Source: Candidatus Eiseniibacteriota bacterium (GTDB lineage Bacteria > Eisenbacteria > RBG-16-71-46 > DASYSL01). Taken from it: 45,958 nt of DNA. The stretch is taken from contig JANPEF010000010.1 of the NCBI GenBank assembly GCA_031431875.1, forward strand, positions 1 to 45,958. The letters run 5' to 3'. This document shows, in pieces, positions 28,254-37,853 of this stretch. Made by a program: the position numbers and the translations under genes. Below the pieces are notes generated by a model that was not told the DNA's origin, made no database searches, and saw nothing but the letters and a program-made list of their open reading frames with translations. Each line of letters begins with the position of its first letter. The stretch's first letter is position 1.

Positions 28254-29717
28254 CTAGCGCAGCTTCGCCGGCACGACGGTCTTGAGCAGCCGGCCACGCG
28301 CGATCGCATCGCCGACCTCGACACCGTTGAGGATCGCCGTTTCCCCGACCGAGAGGCCCTGGGCCCCCATCGCCGAGACGATCTGGCCGAACGTGCCGGC
28401 CTGCGGGGCCGCGGTGATCCGGATTCGGGCCGGCGTCGGGTCGAGCCGCGCCGGATCGGTGAGCCCGCGGAACGAGCGGCACGAGGTGAGAAACGCCTGC
28501 TCTGGCGCGGATCCCGGCGCGACCTGACCGAGCATGCGGAACATCACCGTCGGGCTCTGCCGCAGGAGGACCAGCGCCAGCCGGCCGGCCTGCCCCTGCT
28601 CGTCCTTCACCCCGATCGAGCCGCTCCACGCCGCGTAGCCGCCGATCGTCTCGGCGCGCCCGTCAGCGCTCGTCACCTGGCCGTCGGCGACCAGCTTCTG
28701 CGCGAGAGCGGAAGGCGAGAGCGTTCCCGCCGCGACCAGCGAGACCTGCATCACCGCTTTCTGCGCCTGATTCACGGCGGTCACCGCGCTCCGCGCATTC
28801 TGCGTCTGCCAGCCGGTGGGGAAGTCCATGGTGAACTTCATCTCCGGGTGATAGAACCGCCCGGCCTCGAAGTAGCCCTGCCGCGGATCGACTCCGTAGA
28901 CGAGGCCGTCGAGCCGCCGCAGGTACGTGTCGCGACCGACGACCAGGTCGGTGCGCGCGCCGACCTGCGCGGTCGCCAGCGTGCGCACGGTGGCCTCGCG
29001 CGACGACGGATCGGGGTGTGTCGACAGGTAGGTCGGCAGCCGGGCGCCCGCGGCCGCATCGATGCGGGCGAGCATGTGGTAGGTCGCCGGCATTTCACGC
29101 GGGTCGTAGCCGGCCTTGATCGAGTAGTCGACACCCAGGCGATCCGATTCGTTCTCCTGGTCGCGGCCATACTTGAGGAAGAGCAGGCCGAGCCCCTGCG
29201 AGGCGGTCTCTCCGTAGCGCGCGATCGACTCGGAGACGACGCTGCCGATGAGGAGCCCGAGTCCGGCCAGTTGCTGGCGGCTTGCCGACGTCGCGTAGTG
29301 ACGCGCGGTGACGTGTCCGATCTCGTGACCGAGCACGCCGGCGAGCTGCGCCTCGTCGTTGAATTGCGCGAGGATCCCGCGCGTGACGTAGATGAATCCG
29401 CCCGGCGCGGCGAAGGCGTTGACCGCCGCATCGTCGACCACGTGGAATTCCCAGGGGAGGCCCGGCCGATGCGATCGTGCGGCCAGGGCCTTGCCCATCG
29501 AGTCGACCTTCGCGGTCCAGCGGGCGTCCGCGTAGAAGCCGTATTCGGCATCCACTGCCGCGCGGCTCTCCTGGCCGGTCGCGATCTCCTGCGCTTCGGA
29601 GATGAACGACAGCTCCTGCTTGCCGGTGACGGGATTGGTGGCGCAACCGAAGACGAAGAGCGCCAGAGCGAGCGGGATCGCGAATCGACTCAGGGCGTGG
29701 GCGGGGGTCGGGCGCAT
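28254..29717 (-). CDS. M48 family zinc metalloprotease lipoprotein
   Basis: GCATNPVTG, VNAFAAPGG, HEIGH, ENESDRLG, YLSTHP. Confidence 0.92.
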   Translation of the reverse strand: MRPTPAHALSRFAIPLALALFVFGCATNPVTGKQELSFISEAQEIATGQESRAAVDAEYGFYADARWTAKVDSMGKALAARSHRPGLPWEFHVVDDAAVNAFAAPGGFIYVTRGILAQFNDEAQLAGVLGHEIGHVTARHYATSASRQQLAGLGLLIGSVVSESIARYGETASQGLGLLFLKYGRDQENESDRLGVDYSIKAGYDPREMPATYHMLARIDAAAGARLPTYLSTHPDPSSREATVRTLATAQVGARTDLVVGRDTYLRRLDGLVYGVDPRQGYFEAGRFYHPEMKFTMDFPTGWQTQNARSAVTAVNQAQKAVMQVSLVAAGTLSPSALAQKLVADGQVTSADGRAETIGGYAAWSGSIGVKDEQGQAGRLALVLLRQSPTVMFRMLGQVAPGSAPEQAFLTSCRSFRGLTDPARLDPTPARIRITAAPQAGTFGQIVSAMGAQGLSVGETAILNGVEVGDAIARGRLLKTVVPAKLR

Positions 29718-29743
29718 GCGGTGCCTCCAGGGACAGCGACGCT

Positions 29744-30448
29744 TCAGAGCGTGCGTGTCAGGGAGCGCACGGCGGATGACTCGAGCTCAGCGACGAGCAC
29801 GCTGGACGCCATGCCGACGAAGAGACCGTGTGCGACAACGCCGGGAATGGCGTCGATCGCAGCCGCGAGGGACGCGGGATCGTCGATGGGCGGAAACTGC
29901 GCATCGAGGAGCTGGTGGCCGAGATCGGTGATCCACGGCCCGTCGGCTGCCCCCGAAGCATACCGCAGCCGGGACGCCGCACCGAGGGAAACGAGCCGGC
30001 GGGTCACCAGCGCCACCGCCTCGGGCACGATCTCGACCGCGACCGGAAAGGCACCCAGGCGATCGACCCGCTTCGAGGAGTCGACCAGCACGACGAAACG
30101 CGCAGCCGAGGCAGCGACGATCTTCTCGCGGGTGTGTGCCCCGCCGCCGCCCTTGATCAGGTCGAGCTGCGGGTCCACTTCGTCGGCGCCGTCGAACGCG
30201 ATGTCGAGCGACGCGATCTCGGGCAGCGCGCACACGTCGAGCCCCGCGGCGCGGGCCGCGACTTCGGTCGCGTTCGACGTGACGACGCAGCGCATGCGCA
30301 GCGACTCGTCGCGCACGCGCCGGCCCAGCGCCGCGACGAAACGCCGCGCCGTGTCACCCGTGCCCAGGCCGACGGTCATGCCGTCCTCGACCAGGAGCAG
30401 CGCGGCGGCGACGACGCGATTGCGCGCGGCGTCCATGGCCGGGTTCAC
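29744..30448 (-). CDS. rpiA: Ribose-5-phosphate isomerase A
   Basis: VGLGTGDT, DGADEVD, IKGGGGAHTREKIVA; GTGA overlap with nhaA. Confidence 0.95.
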   Translation of the reverse strand: MNPAMDAARNRVVAAALLLVEDGMTVGLGTGDTARRFVAALGRRVRDESLRMRCVVTSNATEVAARAAGLDVCALPEIASLDIAFDGADEVDPQLDLIKGGGGAHTREKIVAASAARFVVLVDSSKRVDRLGAFPVAVEIVPEAVALVTRRLVSLGAASRLRYASGAADGPWITDLGHQLLDAQFPPIDDPASLAAAIDAIPGVVAHGLFVGMASSVLVAELESSAVRSLTRTL

Positions 30449-32637
30449 CGGTCCCCGTCCGCGTGCGGATGGTCGGCGCTGCCGGCGCGAACGGCCGTGC
30501 CGAGATGATTCTCGGCCGGCGGCACCGGGCAGTTGTAGTAGGGCGAGAGCGCGCAGTTCGGGTCGTACGCGAGGTTGAAGTCGAGCCCGTACCGCCCGTC
30601 GGGTAACGGCTGGGGATCGACGTAGCGCCCCATGCCGTACGAGCCCTTCCCGCTGGTCGCGTCGCGGAAGAACACCGAGAGATCGTCGGGACCGACGCCA
30701 GGCTCGAGCAGGCGCACGGCGGCGAGCTTCCGCTCCCGCCCGCCCAGCACGAAGCGGAACCAGCCGGCCCGGAGCGATGCGCGCGGCGGGCTGTTCGTCG
30801 ACTCGATCCACAGCGTGTCGGGTGTGGGATCCGGCTCGAGCGACACGACGAAGCGGTATGTGAAGTCGATCGGCCACCAGGCCGACCCCGGATACGCAGC
30901 CTTCGCAGGCGCGTCGGGATCGCAGGCGATCAAGGCGGGCGCGTTCTGGTGCGACAGGCGCACACGGTAGCGGCCCACGCCGATCCACGAGGGCGGCAGC
31001 GTCGCGCTGGTCGTGTCGCGCCCGCCGGCCGCATGGGCGACGAAGGTCGCGCCGGGGTCGAGGACAGCGACGTGGAACGAATCGCCGTCCACCGTGATGC
31101 GCACGTGCTGGGCGCGCACGCTCGCGTCGTCGAGCACCAGGTCGCAGGTCGACGCCGCGCCGACGATGAGCGCCCGCGACGGCTGGCCGAAGGGCACGCG
31201 CGCGATCGCCCCGAGGGCTGAAGTCGGGCTCGTGCGCAATGCGACATCGGTGTCGACGCGGTCCTTTTCGTAGGCGCTGCGCAGCGAATCGCGCTCGGCA
31301 ATAGACAGCGTCACGGGCCGCTCCGCGGCCGCCGCCGCCGCGTGAACGGCGGGCGGCCCCAGGCAGGCCGAGGCGACGACCACGACCACGAGGACGAGTG
31401 CGGGGTCGACGGAAGGCGGCTTCGCCGATTTGAGCGCGCGTCCCAGCACCCACGTGCCGAGGACACCGGAGACCAGCGAGCCGAGCAGCACGCCGAGTTT
31501 CGCCAGGTCCTCGCCGCCGTCGCTGCCGCGGAACGACAGCGAGGCGACGAACAGCGACATGGTGAAGCCGATGCCGGCGATCATCGCCACGCCCCACAAC
31601 TTGCCCCAGTCAGCGCCGCGCGGCAGCGCCGCGAGTCCGCTGCGCACCGCGAGCCAGGCCACCCCGAAGATGCCGATCGGCTTGCCCACGAGCAGCCCCA
31701 GCGCGCAACCGGCCGTGATCGGCTGGGCCAGCGCGCTCGCCGTCATCCCGCTGATCGCCACGCCGGCGTTGGCCAGCGCAAAGAGCGGCATGACCAGCCA
31801 GGTGATCCACGGCTTGAGCCTGTGCTCGAGCGTCTCCAGCGGCGAGTCCGCGATGTCGGGGTCCCCCGCCTTGCCCATCGGGATGACGAAGCCCAGCAGC
31901 ACACCGGCGATCGTCGCGTGCACACCCGAGGCGAACATGAAGGCCCACAGCACCGGCGCCGCGACGAGATAGACGGCCAGGCGCTGAACGCCGAGCCGGG
32001 CGAGGAACGCCAGGCCGACGACGATGGCGAGCGCGACGAACAACGCCGCCAGGTCCAGCTTCGCGGTGTAGAAGATCGCGATCACGCTCACCGCGCCCAG
32101 GTCGTCGACGATCGCGAGCGCGGCGAGGAACACGGTGAGCCCCCGCGGGACGCGCGGCCCGAGCAACGCGAGCACGCCGAGCGAGAAGGCGATGTCGGTC
32201 GCCATCGGGATGCCCCAGCCCCGCGCGCCCGGCCCGCCGGCATTGAAGCCCGCGTAGATCGCCGCCGGCACGAGCATCCCGCCGAGGGCGCCTGCGATGG
32301 GCAGAGCGGCGCGGCGCAGGTCGGCCAGTTCGCCGGCGACGAACTCGCGCTTGATCTCGAGGCCGATCACGAGGAAGAACACCGCCATCAGCAGGTCGTT
32401 GATCCAGTGCAGCAGGGAGAGGCGAAGCGCGAACGGCCCGAGCGAGAACGCCACCTCGTGGTGCAACGCGGCGAAGTACGTCGCACCCCACGGCGAGTTC
32501 GCCCACGCCATGGCGAGCGCGGCGCAGGCGATGAGCATGACCCCGCCGACCGCATCGCCGGGAAACAACTCGCGCAGGGCGTCCCAGCCGGGGACGCGCG
32601 GCGCAGGCGAAGGCGGGTGCGGCTGTGCGTGGGTCAT
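30445..32637 (-). CDS. nhaA: Na+/H+ antiporter NhaA fused to a C-terminal DUF1684 domain
   Basis: WINDLLMAVFF..GLEIKRE, GWGIPMATDIAF, AIVDDLGA, AGIGFTMSLF; then FRDATSG..YGMGRY..LDFNLAYDPNCA..CPVPPAENHL. Confidence 0.88.
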   Translation of the reverse strand: MTHAQPHPPSPAPRVPGWDALRELFPGDAVGGVMLIACAALAMAWANSPWGATYFAALHHEVAFSLGPFALRLSLLHWINDLLMAVFFLVIGLEIKREFVAGELADLRRAALPIAGALGGMLVPAAIYAGFNAGGPGARGWGIPMATDIAFSLGVLALLGPRVPRGLTVFLAALAIVDDLGAVSVIAIFYTAKLDLAALFVALAIVVGLAFLARLGVQRLAVYLVAAPVLWAFMFASGVHATIAGVLLGFVIPMGKAGDPDIADSPLETLEHRLKPWITWLVMPLFALANAGVAISGMTASALAQPITAGCALGLLVGKPIGIFGVAWLAVRSGLAALPRGADWGKLWGVAMIAGIGFTMSLFVASLSFRGSDGGEDLAKLGVLLGSLVSGVLGTWVLGRALKSAKPPSVDPALVLVVVVVASACLGPPAVHAAAAAAERPVTLSIAERDSLRSAYEKDRVDTDVALRTSPTSALGAIARVPFGQPSRALIVGAASTCDLVLDDASVRAQHVRITVDGDSFHVAVLDPGATFVAHAAGGRDTTSATLPPSWIGVGRYRVRLSHQNAPALIACDPDAPAKAAYPGSAWWPIDFTYRFVVSLEPDPTPDTLWIESTNSPPRASLRAGWFRFVLGGRERKLAAVRLLEPGVGPDDLSVFFRDATSGKGSYGMGRYVDPQPLPDGRYGLDFNLAYDPNCALSPYYNCPVPPAENHLGTAVRAGSADHPHADGDR

Positions 32638-32646
32638 GGAGCAAAC

Positions 32647-33525
32647 CTACCCGAGGCCCGTCGGCGGCGTCCACTCCGCGGCCTCGCGCCTGACCACGCG
32701 CAGGCTCGCGACCGCGACCGCGGCCAGGGCCACACCCGCGAGTGCCAGCACGACGCGCGGCAGGCGCGTCTCGAGCCCATCGAAGCCCGCGGCAATGGTG
32801 AGCACGGAGACCGTGTTGTTGACCACGTGCACGGCAATGGCCGGTGCGGTGCTGTCGCTCCACCGGGCGACGGCCCCGACGAAGACGCCGAAGCAGAATG
32901 CGAACGCCGCGTGCCGCGGATCCCCGTGCGCCAGCGCGAAGAGCGCCGCGGCGATCGCGATGCCGACCGGACCGCCGTAGCGCGCCACGAGGCGGCGCTG
33001 CGCGAACCCGCGGAAGAACAGCTCCTCGACCGTGCCCGCTCCCAAGCCGACGATCAACAGCGCGAGCGCGAGCCCGCGACCGTGGGCCCCGCCCAGCGCC
33101 TCGATCATGAAGCCGAGCGCCGGTCCGCGTCCGGTGCCCGAGAGCTGCAGGACGAGATCGGTCGCCTGGCTCAGGGCGAGCCCGCCGAGAATCGCGGCCC
33201 ACCAGCCGCGGCGTGACAGCCGCGCACCCGCGAGGCCCAGGCGCGCGGCCAGCGGCTTCGGCGAGAACCCCGCGACGACGAGCGTGACCACGCCGATCCA
33301 CAGGACCGCGACCCCGGCCGCGCAGAGGAATCCACGGAGCGGATCCGGGCCCACCGCCCGGACCAGCTCGCTCGTGACCGAAGCACCGAGCAGCACCAGC
33401 CCGACGAGGAGCCCCGCCGTGGCGAGGTAGACCGCTCCAACCGGTGGCCGAGACGTGGACTCGGCGGGCTCCTGGGGGTCGGTGAGAGCCGCGGCGTCGG
33501 CGTCGGGACGGCTTGTCCTGGGCAC
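32647..33525 (-). CDS. CPBP (CAAX protease-like/Abi) intramembrane protease
   Basis: EELFFRG, LFALAH, VHVVNN motifs. Confidence 0.9.
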   Translation of the reverse strand: MPRTSRPDADAAALTDPQEPAESTSRPPVGAVYLATAGLLVGLVLLGASVTSELVRAVGPDPLRGFLCAAGVAVLWIGVVTLVVAGFSPKPLAARLGLAGARLSRRGWWAAILGGLALSQATDLVLQLSGTGRGPALGFMIEALGGAHGRGLALALLIVGLGAGTVEELFFRGFAQRRLVARYGGPVGIAIAAALFALAHGDPRHAAFAFCFGVFVGAVARWSDSTAPAIAVHVVNNTVSVLTIAAGFDGLETRLPRVVLALAGVALAAVAVASLRVVRREAAEWTPPTGLG

Positions 33526-33669
33526 GGTTCGTTTCTCCGGAAGAGTCGATGCGGCAGGGCGTTACCGGGCGATCCATCCGCACGGGACAGGCCCTCTGCT
33601 AGGATAGGTGCACTCGCTGCCGACCGCGCCGGTCCCTTCCCGGGCCGGCCGAGTCATGGAGGTGCGGAC

Positions 33670-34200
33670 ATGTCCACCGCAGAAACGGCCGCCGCGACGG
33701 CCCCTCGCTCCGTCACGACGCAGGTCCTCGAGGACGGGTTCTTCGCCGGGATGATCGGTGCCGGCCTCGTCGCCGCCTGGTATCTGGTGCTCGACCTCCT
33801 CGCCCAACGCCCTTTCTACACCCCGTCGATGCTCGGCGCCGTGCTGTTCCGTAGCGCGACCGACCCGACCGCCGTCCCCATCCAGCCCGAGCTGGTGGCG
33901 TGGTACACCGCGGTCCACTTCCTCGCCTTCCTCGGCGTCGGCTTCATCGCGTCGTGGCTCGCGGTGCAGTTCGAGCGGTTCCCGACGGTGGGCGTGGCGA
34001 TCCTGTTCCTGTTCGTGATCTTCGAGACCGGCTTCTTCGTCTTCGCGTTCACCATCGGGCGCGCCATCCTGGGCACGCTCGGCCTGTGGACGATCGCAGT
34101 CGCAAACCTGCTTGCCGCGGCGGGCATGTCGGTCTACCTGTTGCGCCGCCACCCGACGGCGCTCTCCAACATGAACCAGATCTGGACCGATCAGGAGTGA
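33670..34200 (+). CDS. Hypothetical integral membrane protein
   Basis: GGAGG RBS, 4-5 TM helices, coding-like codon usage. Confidence 0.8.
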   Translation: MSTAETAAATAPRSVTTQVLEDGFFAGMIGAGLVAAWYLVLDLLAQRPFYTPSMLGAVLFRSATDPTAVPIQPELVAWYTAVHFLAFLGVGFIASWLAVQFERFPTVGVAILFLFVIFETGFFVFAFTIGRAILGTLGLWTIAVANLLAAAGMSVYLLRRHPTALSNMNQIWTDQE

Positions 34201-34970
34201 GGGCCCGCGCCTGAACGGCCGAGCGTGCGACGCATCTCGTCACGCTCGGCCAGCACCAGCGCCTGCACGCGCGCGGCGAGCTCGCCGGCGTCGTCGACCG
34301 TCAGCCCCGCCACGGGAATCGGGTCGAGAACGCGAATGCCGATGTGCGCTGGGCGGAAGAGGGACTCACCGGGCGGGAGCGCGTCGCGCGTTCCGGCGAA
34401 CACCACCGGCCGGATCGGCGCGCCGGCCTCGATGGCGAGGCGGAAGGCGCCGTCCTTGAAGCGCGCCAGCTCCCCGGTGCGGGAGCGCGTTCCCTCCGGA
34501 AAGAACAGCACCGGCATCCCCTTCGCCAGCCACCAGCGACAGCGCTCGAACGCCTCGAGCCGGCTGCGACGATCCCCGCGGATGACCGAGATGTCTCCCA
34601 CAAGCTTCATCCCGGAGCCGAAGACCGGCACGTCGAAGAGCGACTTCTTCGACAGGTACTTCATGTTCCAGCCGAGGGTCGCGAGCCAGCTGCTGGCGTA
34701 GACGTCGCAGTCGGACTCGTGGTTGGCCACCACCACGCAGGGCTCGCTGTAGGGAGCGGTGGTGCGAACGTCGAAGTGCACCCGGACGAAGGGTTGCAGG
34801 CGGAGGATGGTCACACCGAAGCCGTGGAGCCAGCGCCCCATGCGCCGTCGATCGGGATCGCCGCGATCGAGGAACGGGCGGACGAGAAACATGATGAGGA
34901 TAACGCTGAACAGGCCGACGAGCGCCAGGCCCCAGGCGATGCCCGAGGCGACTCGATGGATGAGGGACAT
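34191..34970 (-). CDS. plsC: Lysophospholipid acyltransferase (PlsC family)
   Basis: NHESDCD (HxxxxD) and FFPEGTRS motifs. Confidence 0.85.
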   Translation of the reverse strand: MSLIHRVASGIAWGLALVGLFSVILIMFLVRPFLDRGDPDRRRMGRWLHGFGVTILRLQPFVRVHFDVRTTAPYSEPCVVVANHESDCDVYASSWLATLGWNMKYLSKKSLFDVPVFGSGMKLVGDISVIRGDRRSRLEAFERCRWWLAKGMPVLFFPEGTRSRTGELARFKDGAFRLAIEAGAPIRPVVFAGTRDALPPGESLFRPAHIGIRVLDPIPVAGLTVDDAGELAARVQALVLAERDEMRRTLGRSGAGPHS

Positions 34971-35024
34971 GCCGGGAATGTAGCAGAACCGTTCGGCTGA
35001 CCCGCCGCGGCCCCGCGCGAATGC

Positions 35025-35549
35025 TCACTCCCCGTCGAGCATCTCCCGCCGGGCACGCCACGCCATCGTGGCGAAATCGAGCGCGGTCTCGACCCCGGAG
35101 AAGGCGCCGCCGCCGGCCGGATCGAGATCCGGATGCGCGATCCACGCCTCGACCTCGGCGCCGAGCCCATGCACCGCCTCGGCGACCGCGATGTCGGCCC
35201 GGTAGAGCAGCTCGAGGCGCCGCTCGTCGACGCGGCCCGGAGCGAAGAAACCGGGATCGTCGGCGGCGGCATGGACCACGTCGGCGATGAGGGCATCGAG
35301 GCGGAGCGAAAGCTCTCCCAGCCGCGCCAGTCCCGGTGGGGTGCCCTCGAAGCGGGCGCCGCGCACCGCCCGATGGAGATCATGCGATGCGTCGCGCAGG
35401 CAGCGGACGACCTGGGTGCGCAGGCGCCGGTCCTCCTCGCGCCGGTCCTCCTTCGCGGCGTAGCCACGATAGCCGGGCACGAGACGCGCCACCGCCGAGA
35501 GAGCCAGCGGCAGCGAGCGCGGAAAGTTGCGGATCTTGGTCTCGGTCAT
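35025..35549 (-). CDS. Conserved hypothetical protein
   Basis: GGAGG RBS; VPGYRGYAAKEDRREEDRRLR motif. Confidence 0.7.
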   Translation of the reverse strand: MTETKIRNFPRSLPLALSAVARLVPGYRGYAAKEDRREEDRRLRTQVVRCLRDASHDLHRAVRGARFEGTPPGLARLGELSLRLDALIADVVHAAADDPGFFAPGRVDERRLELLYRADIAVAEAVHGLGAEVEAWIAHPDLDPAGGGAFSGVETALDFATMAWRARREMLDGE

Positions 35550-35686
35550 GGGGCCTCCAGGGAGCGACGCCACGACGCGCCCGGGGGGAACGCGCCGGGC
35601 TCGCCCGACGCCGACATCATCGGCGCGCCGCGCGCACGCCTGAAGCCGCTGAGGTCCGGAGAACGCAAGATCATTCCAGCCGCGCC

Positions 35687-36118
35687 CTAAGCGGTCGAAA
35701 TGCAATGCTCCTCGAGCGCGGCGACGACCTGCTCGGCCACCATCGCGGAGTTCTTCCCCTCGATCTGGTGGCGCGCCACGAAGGCGACGAGCTCGCCGTC
35801 CTTCAGCAGGGCTATCGACGGCGACGACGGCGCCGCCGCCGCGAAGTGCTCGCGTGCGCGCGCGGTCGCCTCGCGATCCTGCCCCGCGAACACCGTGAGC
35901 AGCCGATCCGGTCGGACGCCCGCACCTGCCAGCGCCTGGGCGATCCCGGGCCGCGCCATGCCGGCGGCGCAACCACAGACCGAGTTGACGAACACGAGCG
36001 TGGTGCCGGTCTTTCCGCCCAGCGCGGCGTCGACCTCGGCGGGAGTACGCAGTTCGGTGAAACCGATGCGGGTCAGCTCGTCGCGCATCGGCTGGACGAA
36101 TCCGGCGTTGAGATCCAT
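35687..36118 (-). CDS. BrxA/BrxB family bacilliredoxin (YphP/YqiW)
   Basis: VNSVCGCAAGMARP, TVFAGQDREAT, PSSPSIAL.KDG, RHQIEG. Confidence 0.92.
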   Translation of the reverse strand: MDLNAGFVQPMRDELTRIGFTELRTPAEVDAALGGKTGTTLVFVNSVCGCAAGMARPGIAQALAGAGVRPDRLLTVFAGQDREATARAREHFAAAAPSSPSIALLKDGELVAFVARHQIEGKNSAMVAEQVVAALEEHCISTA

Positions 36119-36304
36119 GGGGTTTCTCTCCTCGACGGGGCACGCCCGTGGCGGTCCGTCTGCAAGTTGCGGCATTCGCGCCGTGCGGGTTGCACCCTTG
36201 GAGGTCCTGACAGGACGCCTTCAGGGGTGCCCGAAGACCGGGGTGTAGCCTCAAAGCATTGTCCAGCAAGGACTTCGAACTCGTGACCGGGGCTGGACAC
36301 AGTG

Positions 36305-36320
36305 TGGCACAACCCCTGCA
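36305..36320 (+). promoter_or_regulatory. Sigma54 -24/-12 promoter
   Basis: TGGCAC-AACCC-CTGCA; IHF-like TCAAAGCATTG at 36251-36261. Confidence 0.7.
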
Positions 36321-36330
36321 CCCAACGATA

Positions 36331-36500
36331 GCGTGCCGACGTTGGATGCGTCGGACGTTGTGAGTGTGGCGGAGTGCGCTACTTCAGCGCGTGACACCCG
36401 TGACCCCGGCGCCTCCGCCCGCTCCACTCCGCAGCGAAGTCTCCTCGCAGGACCTCCAGGTTGGCCCCGGGCGCGTGGCTCGGGGCCAATCCCTTGCTTT
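36331..36500 (+). ncRNA. Candidate sigma54-dependent structured small RNA
   Basis: Lies between the sigma54 promoter and a terminator-like hairpin (36461-36489); several stems; repeated CUCC motifs; no RBS-led ORF. Confidence 0.4.
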
Positions 36501-36508
36501 CTGCCCGC

Positions 36509-36613
36509 ACGATTGTGTACGGGGCGGTTCCGGCCCCGAAAGCGCCTGGGCCCGCCGCGTAACCCTTTGTCCCGCAACAGCCGATTTTCCGCCAGCTGGC
36601 CGTACACAATCGT
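36509..36613. repeat. Perfect 14-bp inverted repeat
   Basis: ACGATTGTGTACGG (36509-36522) and CCGTACACAATCGT (36600-36613). Confidence 0.9.
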
Positions 36614-36624
36614 CAGGGCATCGC

Positions 36625-36653
36625 TTGACAGCCCCCAGAGCCGGGGGCACCAT
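36625..36653 (+). promoter_or_regulatory. Putative sigma70 promoter of the MFP operon
   Basis: TTGACA-17 bp-CACCAT. Confidence 0.5.
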
Positions 36654-36749
36654 GCCTGCCGACCCCTTCGTCCTGGCGGTCCGCACTTCAAAATGGAACA
36701 GCAACCCCGGCCCCATTCCGCGATTCCTCCTCCTGCCCGAGGTTCGGAG

Positions 36750-37841
36750 ATGCCGCAGCCGCGCCGTGTCGATGCCGTGTCGCTTGCCCTGCTGCTGGGC
36801 GTCGTGCTGGTTTCCGGCTGTTCCCGGGGGACCCCGCAGGGTGCAGCGGCCCCGGATGCGGGCGGCGACTCGGCCGTCGATGTGGTCGCCGTGCGGCCCG
36901 GGCTGGGGAGCTCGGATGCGTTTCTCACCTATCTCGAGCCCGCGGTGGACGCGCCGGTGATCGCCCGCTCCGACGGGATCGTGCGCACCGTTCTCGCCGT
37001 CGAGGGGCAGCGCGTCGGCGCCGGCCAACCGCTCGCCCGGCTCGACTCCGAGGAGCAGGCGCTCGAGGTCGAATACGTCGGCGCCCTCGCCGCCCAGGCG
37101 CAGGCCGAGCTCGATCGGGCCGAGAAGGGCGCCCAGGGCGAGTGGATCTCGCGGCAGACACTCGATGCGGCGCGGGCCAAGGCGCAGGCGACGCGGGCCG
37201 ATCTCGAGCTGGCCCGGCTCGCCCTCGCGCGGCGCACGCTGCGCGCGCCGGTGGCGGGAATCGTGTGGCAGGTGCGCGCCGAAGCGCACCGTCCCGTGAA
37301 GGCGCAGGACATCCTCTTCCGCGTGACCGAGCCCTCGCGCCTCAAGGCCGACCTGTATCTCCCGGCTGCGCTGCACGGTCGCATCAAGGCCGGCGACCCG
37401 GTGTCGCTCGTCGCGACCGAGGCGGCGGTCGATCCCGTCGAAGGCCGCGTGCGTCGCGTGAGCCCGGTGATCGATCCGGTCACCGCGCGGTTCCGCGTCG
37501 AGATCGAGGCAAGCGCAAAGGCGCCGGGCCTGGCGGGCGCGAGCGTGCGCGCCGAGTTCCCTGCGGTCGGCTCCGCCGGCGCGGCGGCGGGGCGCGCGAT
37601 CGCGAGTGGCGCAATCCTGCCGCTCGGCGCCCATCTCGAACGGAGCGGTGACCAGTTGTTCGTGGTGCGCGTGGACGGCGGGCAGGCGCACCGCGTCGCG
37701 GTCGAACTGGGCGCCAGCCGGCCCGACGGCTACGAGATCCTGGCGGGTCTCGTGCCCGGCGACCTCGTCGCCGCCGGCAGCGCGCCCGCTCCCGCCGCCG
37801 GCAGCCGGGTCACTGCCCGGCTCGTCGACGCGGCGCGCTAG
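36750..37841 (+). CDS. Periplasmic adaptor (RND MFP/HlyD family) lipoprotein
   Basis: Lipobox VSG-C; lipoyl half motifs DGIVRTVLAVEGQRVGAGQPLARLD and LRAPVAGIV; VSPVIDPVT; alternative start 36693. Confidence 0.9.
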   Translation: MPQPRRVDAVSLALLLGVVLVSGCSRGTPQGAAAPDAGGDSAVDVVAVRPGLGSSDAFLTYLEPAVDAPVIARSDGIVRTVLAVEGQRVGAGQPLARLDSEEQALEVEYVGALAAQAQAELDRAEKGAQGEWISRQTLDAARAKAQATRADLELARLALARRTLRAPVAGIVWQVRAEAHRPVKAQDILFRVTEPSRLKADLYLPAALHGRIKAGDPVSLVATEAAVDPVEGRVRRVSPVIDPVTARFRVEIEASAKAPGLAGASVRAEFPAVGSAGAAAGRAIASGAILPLGAHLERSGDQLFVVRVDGGQAHRVAVELGASRPDGYEILAGLVPGDLVAAGSAPAPAAGSRVTARLVDAAR

Positions 37842-37853
37842 GCCCGCCCACCG

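Noticed and set aside
32647..33525. CPBP protease as part of the peptide system
   Set aside because: Opposite strand, over 3 kb away and in the nhaA-rpiA gene run; no linking evidence.
36333..36692. Extended N-terminus of the MFP ORF from GTG 36333
   Set aside because: No RBS, runs through a terminator-like hairpin and a promoter, and would bury the lipoprotein signal.
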